Assembly: GCF_030684315.1 (NCBI RefSeq)
Contig: NC_081374.1
Coordinates: forward strand, 11,830,837 to 11,894,836
DNA from: Stegostoma tigrinum
Lineage: Eukaryota
Reading direction: 5' to 3'
DNA: 64,000 nucleotides
Part shown: positions 1 through 13,400 of the stretch, piece by piece
Numbering within the stretch: position 1 is the stretch's first letter
Layout of the letters: every line of letters starts with the position of its first letter
Position numbers and translations under genes: made by a program
Notes under the pieces: model-generated
Databases searched by the model: none
The model's input: the letters and a program-made list of their open reading frames with translations, nothing else
What the model was told of the DNA's origin: nothing

Positions 1-52
<52 letters not shown>
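1..52. repeat. (CA)n microsatellite
   Basis: Direct inspection. Confidence 0.98.
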
Positions 53-56
<4 letters not shown>

Positions 57-342
57 GCAGATGACAGAAGGGATAACTCCAGTCTGTTAGGCTGGAGCTG
101 AAAGAGCACTTAATGCTTGAATGAGCACTTAGGGGTCTCAACGGGCAGTGGACAATTGGAGTTGGACGTTGGACTTTCCTGCTGAGATCCAAATCCAAAC
201 AAGGGTGGGGAAGGCGCTGGCTTAGGGGCACCACCATCTTGTCTAATAAAGTTCACTTCCCATCTCCAGCCCTACTGCCTCTGGGCAGAGAAGACTGTAC
301 CTCTCGGTTTCAGAACACTCCTCCTTTGTCAGGTGCCTTCAC

Positions 343-372
343 CTGATGAAGGAGCAATGCTCTGAAAGCTTG
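343..372 (+). ncRNA. Hammerhead-like core in a different Penelope-derived fragment
   Basis: ctgatga-aggagcaatgctct-gaaagct. Confidence 0.4.
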
Positions 373-866
373 TGATTTGGAATAAACCAGTCCAGTCCAT
401 CACTAGAACCTGCCTATCATGACCCACGTGCCTGACAGTGGAGCCTCTTACCTCAGCAACTTTTGTGACAATTCTGATGGGAAAATGTACAGTTAATAAA
501 ATCCCACTGTGCCACAAACAATACCAGAAGGTTTAAATATTTCATATAGTCACCAAAATGGTTTAGGCGTTCCTATTTATTATAGTTATTATAAACAAAA
601 GAGACTTCCCCTTAATTTCTTCAACATACAAATAAATTGTTTATTAAAACAAATCTTTTCTTTTATCAGTTGCCAGAATAGCGAGCAACTAAACTACATC
701 CTCCTAAACTCAAACACAAATTCACACACAGAGAGCATAAGATACCACAGCTGAGCAGAGGTTTTTTGGATAGGATGAATCAGGACAATAGCATAGGCCT
801 GAGACAACAAAATGTGAGGCTGGATGAACACAGCAGGCCAAGCAGCATCTCAGGAGCACAAAAGCT

Positions 867-894
867 GACGTTTCGGGCCTAGACCCTTCATCAG
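867..894 (-). ncRNA. Minimal hammerhead ribozyme core in Penelope pLTR
   Basis: CUGAUGA-A-GGGUCUAGGCCC-GAAAC-GUC; stem I is weak (2 bp). Confidence 0.6.
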
Positions 895-2901
895 AGAGGG
901 GGATGGGGAGAGGGAACTGGAATAAATAGGGAGAGAGGGGGAGGCGGGCCGAAGATGGAGAGAAAAGAAGATGGGTGGAGAGAGCATAGGTGGGGAGGTA
1001 GGGAGGGGATAGGTCAGTCCAGGGAAGACGGACAGGTCAAGGAGGTGGGATGAGGTTAGTAGGTAGATGGGGGTGCGGCTTGGGGTGGGAGGAAGGGATG
1101 GTTGAGAGGAAGAACAGGTTAGGGAGGCAGAGACAGGTTGGACTGGTTTTGGGTGGAGGGGAAGAGCTGGGCTGGTTGTGTGGTGCAGTGGGGGAAGGGG
1201 ACGAACTGGGCTGGTTTAGGGATGCAGTAGGGGAAGGGGAGATTTTGAAACTGGTGAAGTCCACATTGATACGATTAGGCTGCAGGGTTCCCAGGCGGAA
1301 TATGAGTTGCTGTTCCTGCACCCTTCTGGTGGCATCATTGTGGCACTGCAGGAGGCCCATGATGGACATGTCATCTAAAGAATGGGAGGGGGAGTGGAAA
1401 TGGTTTGCGACTGGGAGGTGCAGTAGTTTGTTGCGAACTGAGCGGAGGTGTTCTGCAAAGCGGTCTCCAAGCCTCCGCTTGGTTTCCCCAATGTAGAGGA
1501 AGCCACACCGGGTACAGTGGATGCAGTATACCACATTGGCAGATGTGCAGGTGAACCTCTGCTTAATGTGGAATGTCATCTTGGGGCCTGGGATGGGGGT
1601 GAGGGAGGAGGTGTGGGGGCAAGTGTAGCATTTCCGGTGGTTGCAGGGGAAGGTGCCGGGTGTGGTGGGGTTGGAGGGCAGTGTGGAGCGAACAAGGGAG
1701 TCACGGAGAGAGTGGTCTCTCCGGAAAGCAGACAGGGGTGGGGATGGAAAAATGTCTTGGGTGGTGGAGTCGGATTGTAGATGGCGGAAGTGTCAGAGGA
1801 TGATGCGTTGTATCTGGAGGTTGGTGGGGTGGTGTGTGAGAACGAGGGGGATCCTCTTTGGGCGGTTGTGGCGGGGGCGGGGTGGAGGGATGTGTTGTGG
1901 GAAATGCGGGAGACGCGGTCAAGGGCATTCTAGACCACTGTGGGGGGAAAGTTGCGGTCCTGGAAGAACTTGGACATCTGGGATGTGCGGGAGCAGATGC
2001 GGCGGAGGCAGTGGAATTGGGAATAGGGGATGGAATTTTTGCAGGAGGGTGGGTGGGAGGAGGTGTATTCTAGGTAGCTGTGGGAGTCGGTGGGCTTGAA
2101 ATGGACATCAGTTGCAAGCTGGTTGCCTGAGATGGAGACTGAGAGGTCCAGGAAGGTGAGGAATGTGCTGGAGATGGCCCAAGTGAACTGAAGGTTGGGT
2201 GGAAGGTGTTGGTGAAGTGGATGAACTGTTCGAGCTCCTCCGGGGAGCATGAGGCGGCGCCGATACAGTCATCAATGTACCGGAGGAAGAGGTGGGGTTT
2301 GGGGCCTGTGTAGGTGCGGAAGAGGGACTGTTCCACGTAACCTACAAAGAGGCAGGCATAGCTGGGGCCGATGCGGGTGCCCATGGCAACCATTTCCCCT
2401 CCCCCTCCCATTCTTTAGATGACATGTCCATCATGGGCCTCCTGCAGTGCCACAATGATGCCACCAGAAGGTTGCAGGAACAGCAACTCATATTCCGCCT
2501 GGGAACCCTGCAGCCTAATGATATCAATGTGGACTTCACCAGTTTCAAAATCTCCCCTTCCCCAACTGCATCCCTAAACCAGCCCAGTTCGTCCCCTCCC
2601 CCCACTGCACCACACAACCAGCCCAGCTCTTCCCCTCCACCCAAAACCAGTCCAACCTGTCTCTGCCTCCCTAACCTGTTCTTCCTCTCACCCATCCCTT
2701 CCTCCCACCCCAAGCCGCACCCCCATCTACCTACTAACCTCATCCCACCTCCATGACCTGTCCGTCTTCCCTGGACTGACCTATCCCCTCCCTACCTCCC
2801 CACCTATACTCTCCTCTCCACCAATCTTCTTTTCTCTCCATCTTCGGTCCACCTCCCCCTCTCTCCCTATTTATTCCAGAACCCTCACCCCATCCCCCTC
2901 T

Positions 2902-2929
2902 CTGATGAAGGGTCTAGGCCCGAAACGTC
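2902..2929 (+). ncRNA. Minimal hammerhead ribozyme core (inverted arm)
   Basis: ctgatga agggtctaggccc gaaacgtc. Confidence 0.6.
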
Positions 2930-4183
2930 AGCTTTTGTGCTCCTGAGATGCTGCTTGGCCTGCTGTGTTCATCCAGCGTCACATTTTGTTGTCTTGGATT
3001 CTCCAGCATCTGCAGTTCCCATTATCTCTGATAGCATAGGCCTGAGGATTTCTCTTTAAGTTTGTTAAATCATTTAGGCCATAAGTACAATATTTTACCT
3101 CCCTTTAAGTTGTCTATTTCGCAAAATTATTAACTTTTCCAGTATACAGTAAAAAAAAGGTTTGCCTTGACTTTTCATATTTTTCAAGAAATCACTTCTA
3201 AGATCCCTCTTCACTCCAATAATGTCCAAACAGTTCAATTTCCCAATTCTCATAATCCTGTAATACTGTGGAATATTATCTTTAATGTCGGTGTGATGCC
3301 AAATGTATGGACTGTACATCCGAACATTTGGCTGATGATATCAGACAACACTGCAGGTCAGGAGTGAGACAATCACGTTAACTGGCCCATACTGTAATCC
3401 CAGACTGCCACATCCAACATTAGACATGATTCTGCTATTGAACAATGTTTACTGAAGAGTTCTGTTTGTGCTCAGAAACCAATGTCAGATGATCCATTGG
3501 GCTTGCAGGGTAATTCATTTGTGCATGCTAGAAGCCACACACATTCCCACACTGGGCCCCTTCTGCATTAAATGAATATATCCTGACATCTCAGAGAGAG
3601 GATCGTGCAAACTGCTATTCATTAATTAATTCACTTAATTAGTCAGAGCATGCTTGCCTGGTCTGAGTTTAATCAGCTAAATTGATGGTTAACAGTCCCT
3701 GCTGCATCTCCATGTCAGCCACGATCCAAACAAATTGGCACCCCCTTCTTGTGCTGTAAAAATTGATGTTCCCTTTTCAAGTTTGGTTTTTTTACACACG
3801 ATTATTAGTATCCAACCGAACCATGTTGGGTGTGAAGCTTGATTTTTGAACTGAGCTCTAGGAGCGGGGTTTGAACCTGGAATCTGTGATCAGAAGGTGG
3901 AGTTAGGGGAAAAGGGGAAATGGGGACTGATTGTGTTGCCAAACACCTTGGTATTCTACTCTTCCTAATTTATGCAAATGGCCTGGACTCAGGAACTGAA
4001 GGTAAATTGATTCCATTTGCTGAGGAAAACAAATTGGAAGGAGTATGGAATTGTACGGAGCAAATCTGCAGGAGCTGGACAAACTAAATTTGCGGGAAGC
4101 TGACAATAGATGAAATTTAAAATAACTGCATTGCAAAGTAAGAAGAAACAATGAGCAGTACAAACATCTCATCATGTTTTTTC

Positions 4184-4495
4184 CTAAATTCCAATATCAG
4201 CATAAACTACCGTTTCAGATCCCTGAGCAGGAATGAGTCGTGGGGCTTTCTTATTCCCCTTTAGTGGCTGGTTTGGTAAATTGAGGTCACTGTAGATGAC
4301 ACTGTTTGAGTTGTCAACTGTGTGCCTTGCCAGCCCACCTCTCACTGATGAAGATTTCTTTTGAAATTCCAATGCTGAATACATGATTTCATCATTTTTC
4401 AGATTGTCCCTTCTCTCTCTCTGTCTGTTTGCTGTGTTCGTTTGAATGTGGTTTATGTTTGCGTATACCATGTTCTTTTCCACTGATGCCAATTC
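4184..4495 (-). CDS. Gene A last exon, cytoplasmic tail with MVYANI, IMYSAL, VIYSDL, VVYADI
   Basis: Polypyrimidine-tag acceptor, phase 0, ORF to TAG; ITIM consensus (I/V/L/S)xYxx(L/V/I). Confidence 0.9.
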   Translation of the reverse strand, partial: ELASVEKNMVYANINHIQTNTANRQRERRDNLKNDEIMYSALEFQKKSSSVRGGLARHTVDNSNSVIYSDLNLPNQPLKGNKKAPRLIPAQGSETVVYADIGI

Positions 4496-7400
4496 CTAAA
4501 ATTGAAAAAAAAAACGTATTTTTGATTCACTTCAATCATGATTTGTGCTTTTACAAAGAGAAAGTGATTTCATGATTATTACTAATCTATATACAGTGTC
4601 AGAAGATAATAAAAATTATTTACAGTGCAAAATAGACAATTCAAACCTGTACTGTAGTAATTCTCCTACTGAGCCTCCTCCTCCCATTTTCATCCAATCT
4701 CATCAACAAATGGTATTCATTTCACACTCATGTGCTTATCCAGCTGCCCTTCTACATGGAATTATTCTATTTGCCTCATGGACCCCTCATGGCAATAGGT
4801 TCCACATTTTGACACTTTTCAGATAACAAGCTTTCTCCTGAATTCTCTGCTTCTTTCCAATGGAAGAGTTGAGTCAAGTTGTATTGTTTTATTTAAGAGA
4901 TAACTTAATAAACATGTAAAGAAGACTGGAGTTGGACGTTGATGAAGAGGAGTGGGAGAAGTCTTGCGTGGAGCATAAGAGCAACAGCTGGACTGAATTA
5001 CTAATTTCTGTGCTGTAAATCCCTTTTCTGCAACTTTCTAACCCGTATTCAGCAAGTTAATATTTATTATCCTTACCAGGTCATCATTAAAAGTCTTATC
5101 TCTTTGTTGATGCATGATGCAGAATATACCTGAAATATTAAAATACAATCATTCAAGCAAATTTAACAGGAATGTTTAATGTTTAAAATCTTTAAGCTGA
5201 ACATGTATTGCAGTGTGCATAAATATGTACTGGACTACATTCATCACCATTGCACCCATGATTCCCAACATGAGGGTGAGGGCTGTAAGGAGTCTTGGGA
5301 AGTTGTACTTGGGGCCACGTGCAGTAAGTCTGGGGTCAGCTGAATAGTTACTCAGAAGTTAGACCATGTTTTTATTCATCTCACTTTCACTGAATAACAA
5401 TTTTACTTAATTTCATTGGATACCTCTGAAATAAATGGATGGTCCCAAGTGTTGAGGAATTGTCTAGTGGGGAGGTGATGGCCTAGTGGTATGGCCACTG
5501 GACTGTTAACCTAGAGACCCACATAATATTCTGGGGTCCCAGGTTCTAATCCTGCCATGGCAGATGTGGAATTTGAATTCCCTAAATATCTGGAATTAAG
5601 AAGCTAATAATGACCATGACTCGATTGTCAGGAAAAACCCATCTAATTAACTCATGTCCTCTCGGGAATGAAACTGCTATCCTTTCCTGGTCTGGCCGAC
5701 ATGTGACTTCAGACCCACAGCAATGTGATTGACTCTTAACTGCCCTCTGGGCAATTAGGGATGGGCAATAAATGCTGTCTAGCCAGTGATGCCCTCATCC
5801 CGTGAATGAATAAAAATAAAAATTCAATTTTCCGGGGAATTTCTTCAGTATCTGCTACAATGGGGAATCTTCAGAGTCTCCACATGCTGCTCCTGACTGT
5901 ACTGGAATGTCAGCTGTCTAGCCATCAGAAGATCTAATTCTGATACACTATTTATATCCAATTGCAAGCTATTGGGATACAATGAAATGATTGAAGAGAA
6001 ATCAAAACTCACCCTTGTCCATTTGCCTCAGGTACAAAATTAGAGACACAGCAAAAACAACCAGAATGGCCCCCAGCACACCGAGTACAATGTAAATCAG
6101 ACTGTGATAGAGAGAATAGAAAAGTGTTTGTTCACAATTGATTCTTGGCCATTTGACGCAAAAAAATAAATTAAGAAAGATTTTCATCACCTCACGACAT
6201 CCAAAAGTACTGCAGGGAATGTAATCGTTATATTAAATGTTGCAATGGCAAACATGGTATTCAATTTGCTCACAACATGCTCCCAAAACAATAATTAGAT
6301 GTATGAAGATGTAATTTGGAATTGGTAAAGGGAACACATTGCCCAGGTCTCCACGGAGAATGGCCCTGCTCTTCTATGAATTTCGCCAAGAGATCTGCCA
6401 CATTCCCCTGAGAGGGGCAGCTGGGGCCTGGATTGATCACAGAGGGAAGGCAGTGCCACCACATTGTGGCACTCTCTCAGTACTGCTCTGGAGGCTCAGC
6501 ATTGATAACGTGCCCAAGTCTCTGAAGGAGAAGTGACCTCACAACCGTTGGTGTAGAAGGTAAATGTACCACCACTGAACCTTTTTAAAAATGTGGTAAA
6601 TTTCACTGAGTAAAAATGGAATAAAAGTGCACCAGCTAGCCACTGAAAATCGGCAACAACAGCTTCAAGAATGGATATTAGATTCAGATGATCTTCATTT
6701 ACATACATTTACGCTAGTGACATATAGATCATAGAATCACAGAATTTCTAGTGTTGAAACAGGCTATTCAGCCCATCAAGTCCCACAAACCGTCCAAAGA
6801 GCATCTCACCCAGATGCAATCCCCTTACCCTCTTTCCCATGGCTCATCCAAGTAGCCTACAAATCCCTGGACCCAATGGTCAGTTTGGCAAGGCCAATCC
6901 ACCGAACCTGCACATCTTTGGTCTGTGGGATTAAAACCAGAGCACACAGAGGAAAGCCACACAGACACGGGGAAAATATGGAAACTGCACACACACAATT
7001 ACCCGAGTGTGGAATTGAACCCAGGTCCCTGGCGCTGTGACTTACCAGGACACTGACAAATTATGGCCTAAAATAAAATTTGTAGACTTACAATGCTTTT
7101 TGTACCACAGAATATTATCTGGTTAAAAACAAATGGACTAAACATGCTCGAGACCGGAGTGAAAATCAGAAGTTATGAGAAAAATATGATCAGACAGGTT
7201 TGTTTAATTTCGGACGTGGTCTAGAATTGTGAAGAATTCTGCACTGATCTACTTCTGCACAAATGTGGACTGAATCACTGTGCGTTTCCGATATTCTCTG
7301 TTTGTCACTGGCGCTTATTTGACATTTTCTCTTCATCACCTTTGTAACTTCAAAGAATTATTTACTCTGTTTATATCACACTCACAGTTCCTGCTGCTTA

Positions 7401-10400
7401 TTTCCAACAGCTCTGGTGGATAAGTTGCTGCGAAAGGCTAACGCTGAAAGCTCCCTGTCACTGTGCAGATATATCACTTCAAATATTCCTTTTCACTAGC
7501 AGGAATGAAACTACCCTGAAATGTCACTCCAGAACACACAGCAGCAAGGTAGGTTTGGCAAGCACAGTGAATCACACTCCATGTGGTTTAATTGTGAAGT
7601 AATGAAGAAGAGCAATGCAGCCTGAAGGTCAGCAAAATAGAAACAATGTTCTCCAATTGTACTTTTCAAAAACAATTGGACCTTCAATGTGAAACTAACA
7701 CAGCAGCCTGATATAAACCCAGCACCATTTTCATTTCCAAAATAACAAATGACTTTCACTCGTTTGGCCAATGTTGTTAAACAACATTATTAATCTCGCA
7801 CAAGAATTCAAAACAAAGAATATCATACCTTTCAGAGTGTTTATCTTCTGAGGTTTGCTTTTGACTGAGAGAAGAACTTGTATTTGTATTTTGGGAATGT
7901 GTAGTAGTCAGTGATATTGTTGGAGAAATGTTACAAATATATCTTTGTTCTGTTGAAACAAGGAAATGATATTCAGATACACCTCATTTTCACTTGTAAT
8001 TATCTAAGAGGACATAATGAACAAATGGAGGTTCATTACTTATATAAAAGCCTGTGTGAAACATTATTTCCCCTTCTCTGATCACAGTAACACCTACAAG
8101 TGACCTCGTTCTACTGATAATTTTATAGAGTCATTGAGTCATACAGTGCAGGAACAGACCCTTCAGTTCAACAAGACCATGCTGACTCAGTTTTTCAAAT
8201 TAAACTCGTCCCACTAGTCTGCATTAGGCCCTTATCCCTTCAAACCTCTTCTATTCATCTACAAATTCAAATATCTTTAAATGTTGTAACTATGCCTTCA
8301 TTAACAATGTCCCCATCCACACATGAAGTAACCACTTTGTGAATAATTGCCCCTTTGGTCCCTTTTAAATCTTTTTTCTCTCACTTTAAAAATATTCCCT
8401 CTCATTTGAACTCTCCCACCCTCGGAAAAGACCATTGCTGTTCACCTTATCTACGCCCCTCATGATTGCATAAGCCTTTATAATTTTACAGCTCAACCTC
8501 CTAAGCTCCAAGGGAAAAAGTCCCAGCCTATCCAGGCCTTCCTTATAACACAAACCCACAATCCTGGCAACATCCTGGTAAATCTCTTCTGAAGCCTCTT
8601 CAGCACAATAATAAAGTTTCTGCTCTGTCTCCTGCTGTCAAGCCAATTTCGTATCCAATTGGCAAGATCACCCTCAATCCTATGTGATCTAACTTTACAA
8701 ATTTGGCTACCTTGAGGAGCCTTGTGACTGAAGTCTATGTCGACAAAGCCTACTGCTCTGTCCTCATCAATCTTTTTTGTTATATCCTCAAAAAGCTCAA
8801 AACAAGTTTGTAAGGCACAACTTTCCGCACACAAAGCCACGCTGATTAACCCTAAACAGTCCTCCACTCTCCAATTGCTTATGAATCCTATCTCTCAGAA
8901 TCTCCTCCAATAACTTATCCAACACTCATGTCAGGCTCACAGGCCTGTAGTCCCCAGGCTTCTCATCACAGTCTTGCTGAAATAAAGGCACAATATTAGC
9001 CAGCCTCCAGTCCGCAGGCACCTCAACCGTGACTGTGGATGATGCAAATATCTTTGCTCAGAGTCCCACAATTTCATCTCTAACATCCCACAATGTCCCA
9101 GGATATGTTTGATCAGATCCCAGTGATTTTCTTATCTCTGTGTTTTTTAAGACCTTCAGCACTTCCTCTTCTGTCACGTGGACTGTTATTTAGAGATAAT
9201 GGGAACTGCAGATGCTGGAGAATCCAAGATAATAAAGTGTGAAGCTCGATGAACACAGCAGGCCCAGCAGCATCTCAGGAGCACAAAAGCTGATGTTTAG
9301 GGCATAGACGCTTCATCAGAGAGGGGAATGGGGTGAGGGTTCTGGAATAAATAGGGAGAGAGGGGGAGGCGGACCGAAGATGGAGAGAAAAGAAGATAGG
9401 TGGAGAGGAGAGTATAGGTGGGGAGGTAGGGAGGGGATAGGTCAGTCCAGGGAAGATGGACAGGTCAAGGAGGTGGGATGAGGTTAGTGGGTAGGAAATG
9501 GAGGTGCGGCTTGAGGTGGGAGGAAGGGATGGGTAAGAGGAAGAACAGGTTAGGGAAGCAGAGACAGGCTGGGCTGGTTTTGGGATGCAGTGGGTGGAGG
9601 GGAAGAGCTGGGCTGGTTGTGTGATGCAGTGGGGGGAGGGGATGAACTGGGCTGGTTTTGGGATGCGGTGGGGGAAGGGGAGATTTTGAAGCTGGTGAAG
9701 TCCACATTGATACCATTGGGCTGCAGGGTTCCCAAGTGGAATATGAGTTGCAGTTCCTGCAACCTTCGGGTGGCATCATTGTGGCACTGCAGGAGGCCCA
9801 TGATGGACATGTCATCTAAAGAATGGGAGGGGGCGTTGAAATGGTTTGCGACTGGGAGGTGTAGTTGTTCCCTGGACTGACCTATCCCCTCCCTACCTCC
9901 CCATCTATACTCTCCTCTCCACCTATCTTCTTTTCTCTCCATCTTCGGTCCCCCTCCCCCTCTCCCTATTTATTCCAGAACCCTCACCCCATCCCCCTCT
10001 CTGATGAATGGTCTAGGCCCGAAACGTCAGCTTTTGTGCTCCTGAGATGCTGCTTGGCCTGCTGTGTTCATCCAGCTTCACACTTTATTATCTTGGACTG
10101 TTATTTATATCGCTGACATCCCCAGCATCTGTGTTTTTATCCACAGTAAAAACTGATGTGAAAGTTTGGTTTAGTATCTCTCCCACGTTCAGTGGTTCCA
10201 CCCACACAATTTTTTTACTATCTTTTCCAAATCTGAGATTTGATGTCTTTATATCTGGGTTCTGTTAAGGGCTTTGGGCTGGAAACGACAACACAGATAT
10301 CTCACTTTATAAAACCATGAGTTTCAAATGAAGCTGTTGCTTATTGATGTTGGCTGCGGTCAATTCCACCCTCTTGCGGTCAATTTTCCACGCTTTCAGG

Positions 10401-13400
10401 AATAATATGAAACCCCAGCCACAGACACATAACCTGCCAGTGATTTCCCATTGGCTGATCTGTGACAATCCATGAGACAGCCAAATGAGGTTCCACATCT
10501 CCATGGAGTTCACAGACAACATGGCTTGGGAGGGTTGCATTGTAACAACTACATTGGTAATTTTTTATTGTTTATTCTTTGTTGACCAGCTTTTGCTGCC
10601 CGTGCTGAATTATCTCTGTCTGATTGGCTCTATAGGCCTTTGAAGAGGGCATCTAAGAATCAAGCACATTGCCGGAGTCACATGTAGACTAGAGCTGGGA
10701 AAGGCTGCATGTTTCCTCCCCGAAAGGACATTAACGATCCAAATAGTGCCTTACAGGATCTTAGGAGACACTAAAATACCTCACATTCGATGAAGTGCTT
10801 AGTTGAAGGAAGCAAACAGTTGTAATGCAGCAAATATGTAGAAGTTAATTTGCATGCAGCGAACAAAATTGAAGTAATTCTGACAAAAATCTGACTTTTT
10901 TTATCTACATTGATTGAGGAATGAATGCTTGCTTTTAAGCAGGAAAACCTCCATTCTGCAAATAGTTTACAAATGATGCCATACCCAAAGGGTGAACACG
11001 TTCTCAGTTTATTACCTCATTGACACTGTCTCAGCTGCAAGAGCACAGCATTCCCTCTCTCTGCTGGGCAGTGATATCCAGCTGCATTTTAACCCCAAAG
11101 GGGAACTTGAACACACAGCATGTTTGTGATAAATGTTAGAGAGCAGCCACCTAAGCCGCTGCTGATAGTTACAAATACAGTTTATGTGTATCATCGCTAC
11201 TTGATGCTGAGCTGCTCCTTCTCTGACAGCTCAAACACGAGAGTATATCAGGAAATGCCTGCAGTCAATACTTTCATATATTTCATTTGTACAACTCACC
11301 TCCAATCCATATCCAACATCTGTCCAAAATCTGGACAGAACTGTCATGCACTGAGTTTGATAATTCCATCTGGTAGGAACATTTAAATTGTTCATCAATC
11401 TAAAACTATTTTAATTTTTGTGGATTATTGGAAATTGTACAATGTTTATCCATGCTGTGGGGAATATTTTATATACCTGCTCATTTTTGAAGTACAATGC
11501 TAACAGTTGGTTTTGTTCAGACTGGTAATGAAACAAATGGTGTGAGTTTTATCAATTGCCGTCTTACTGAGTGAGATAAAACACAGACAAGATAACAAAG
11601 TGTGAAGCTGAATGAACACAGCAGGCAAGGAGTGTGCTCCTGAGATGCTGCTTGGCCTGCTGTGTTCATCCAGCTTCACACTCTGTTATCTTGGATTTTC
11701 CAGCATCTGCAGTTCCCATTATCTCTGGTTTCAACAGACATTCAGTAAAAAATAAATCATCTTGTTTGCTTCACACTTACTGATGCTGTCGATGAGTATT
11801 ATATACCTGCTGCTCTTCTCTGCTAAATTGTTGACTGACACATGAACAATTTCACTGGATTTTGTTCCCTGAGTATTTGAGGCTGTGCAGTAATACTGAT
11901 GTTGCTGTGTGAAGGATTGACAACATAGATCCAGTTTATTGGTGTCAGAGATCTTTGAATCTTGAGATGGAGTCTTCTCAGACCACGTGTAGTGAATGGG
12001 GAGGGATCCACGGGCAGACTCACAGGAGATTGTCACTGAGCCCCCAAAACATGAGGAATTTGGTTGTGACAAAAATCGAAGTTCAGGAGCAGAGACATCT
12101 TCTGTGGGAAAGAAACAATTGTTGAGGAATTGACTGCCATCGAAAAATCAAATATCCTCCATCACTTTGTTATCTTGTTTCCTGGATAAAGCTTTGATCA
12201 GACATATCAGCAGAATTAAAAATTGAAATAATATCAGTGAGACATATGTACCTTCTGAGATGTGCAGCTGTACATAAAACATTGGGTCAAGTCCTGGAGC
12301 CTCAATCCCACAGCTGTACCATCCTGCATCTCCCCATTGAAGGTTCTTCATTGTAACAAGAAATATTCCATGTGCTTTGTTATCAGTGATTGATATTCTC
12401 CCATTTGCCCAGTTTGTTGCTGCTATAACATTACACTGACGAGACCATCCGTGACACCAATATTTAATGTGTGACTGGTACCGCTGTGCTTCGTAGCGGC
12501 AATGTATTGTGATCTCTCTTCCCAAAATTCCTGTCATGGATCTCTTTGCCCATAAAGCATCTGAAACTGAGGAGAAAATATTTCAGAGATTTGGAAATTT
12601 CTAAAGAAGTGCTTAACATTGCAGTCTATCTGGTTTATGATGAAGATAATAATTAATATAAACCCTTATCAAAATGTCAGGGTGTTCCACATTCACAGGG
12701 GATAATTTAAACAGTCGTACCCATTGCGCCAAGCTTAGAGGCAGCCTTGAAATTGGGTTTGTGCTGAATGATGTTGGCTCTAAGTCCACTGTGTGTGACA
12801 TCATTGCAGTGTAACTCCTGAAGAGCAACCTGAGTGACAGGCCTGGATTGGAGTCAGCTGGGGATTAGTGTGAAGGAGGCTACAGGGGCTGGAGGGTCCT
12901 TGTTCTGACCGGAGAAGGAGGGTTTCATCCAGGGAGGAGAGGGGAGTGTGTAGAATCATGGTGTGTTCAGGGGCTGAATTGCCAGGTTTTGAAAGGGCAG
13001 GTAGAATAAGTGACTCAGGAAGATTATGCGACCCCTCAAGGAGTTAAAGGAGGGATTTGAAGTTCAGCAAGGGACAGTTCACAAATGTGAAGCTAGATCA
13101 CAGATGTCACAGTGGCTCAGTGGTTTGCACTGATGCTTCATGGCACCAGGGACCCTGTTCCTTTTCCAATCTTGAGTGACCGTGTGTGAAGTTTGCATGT
13201 TCTTCCTGTGCCTGCATGGGTTTCCATTGGATGCTGCTGTTTCTGCCCACAGTTCAAAGCTGTGCAAATTCAGTGGATTGGCCATGCTAATTTGCCCATA
13301 ATGTTCAGGGATGAGTAGGTTAGATGCATTAACCTTGGGTAATGCAGGGCTACAGGGATAGGGGAGCGGAATGGGACTGGGATGCTGCTCAGACTGTTGT

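Larger units (their letters stand above)
804..3030 (-). mobile_element. Penelope-like element (Neptune type), 5'-truncated RT + GIY-YIG, with inverted 3' copy
   Basis: FLRYIDDC RT motif, VVYCIHC..LYIGETKRRL GIY-YIG; strand switch near 2390; 16-bp TSD atagcataggcctgag (788-803, 3031-3046). Confidence 0.92.

Noticed and set aside
1050-2756. Overlapping Gly/Trp- and Pro-rich ORFs as host genes
   Set aside because: Antisense or alternative frames of Penelope sequence, repeated at 9.5, 26.3 and 34.5 kb
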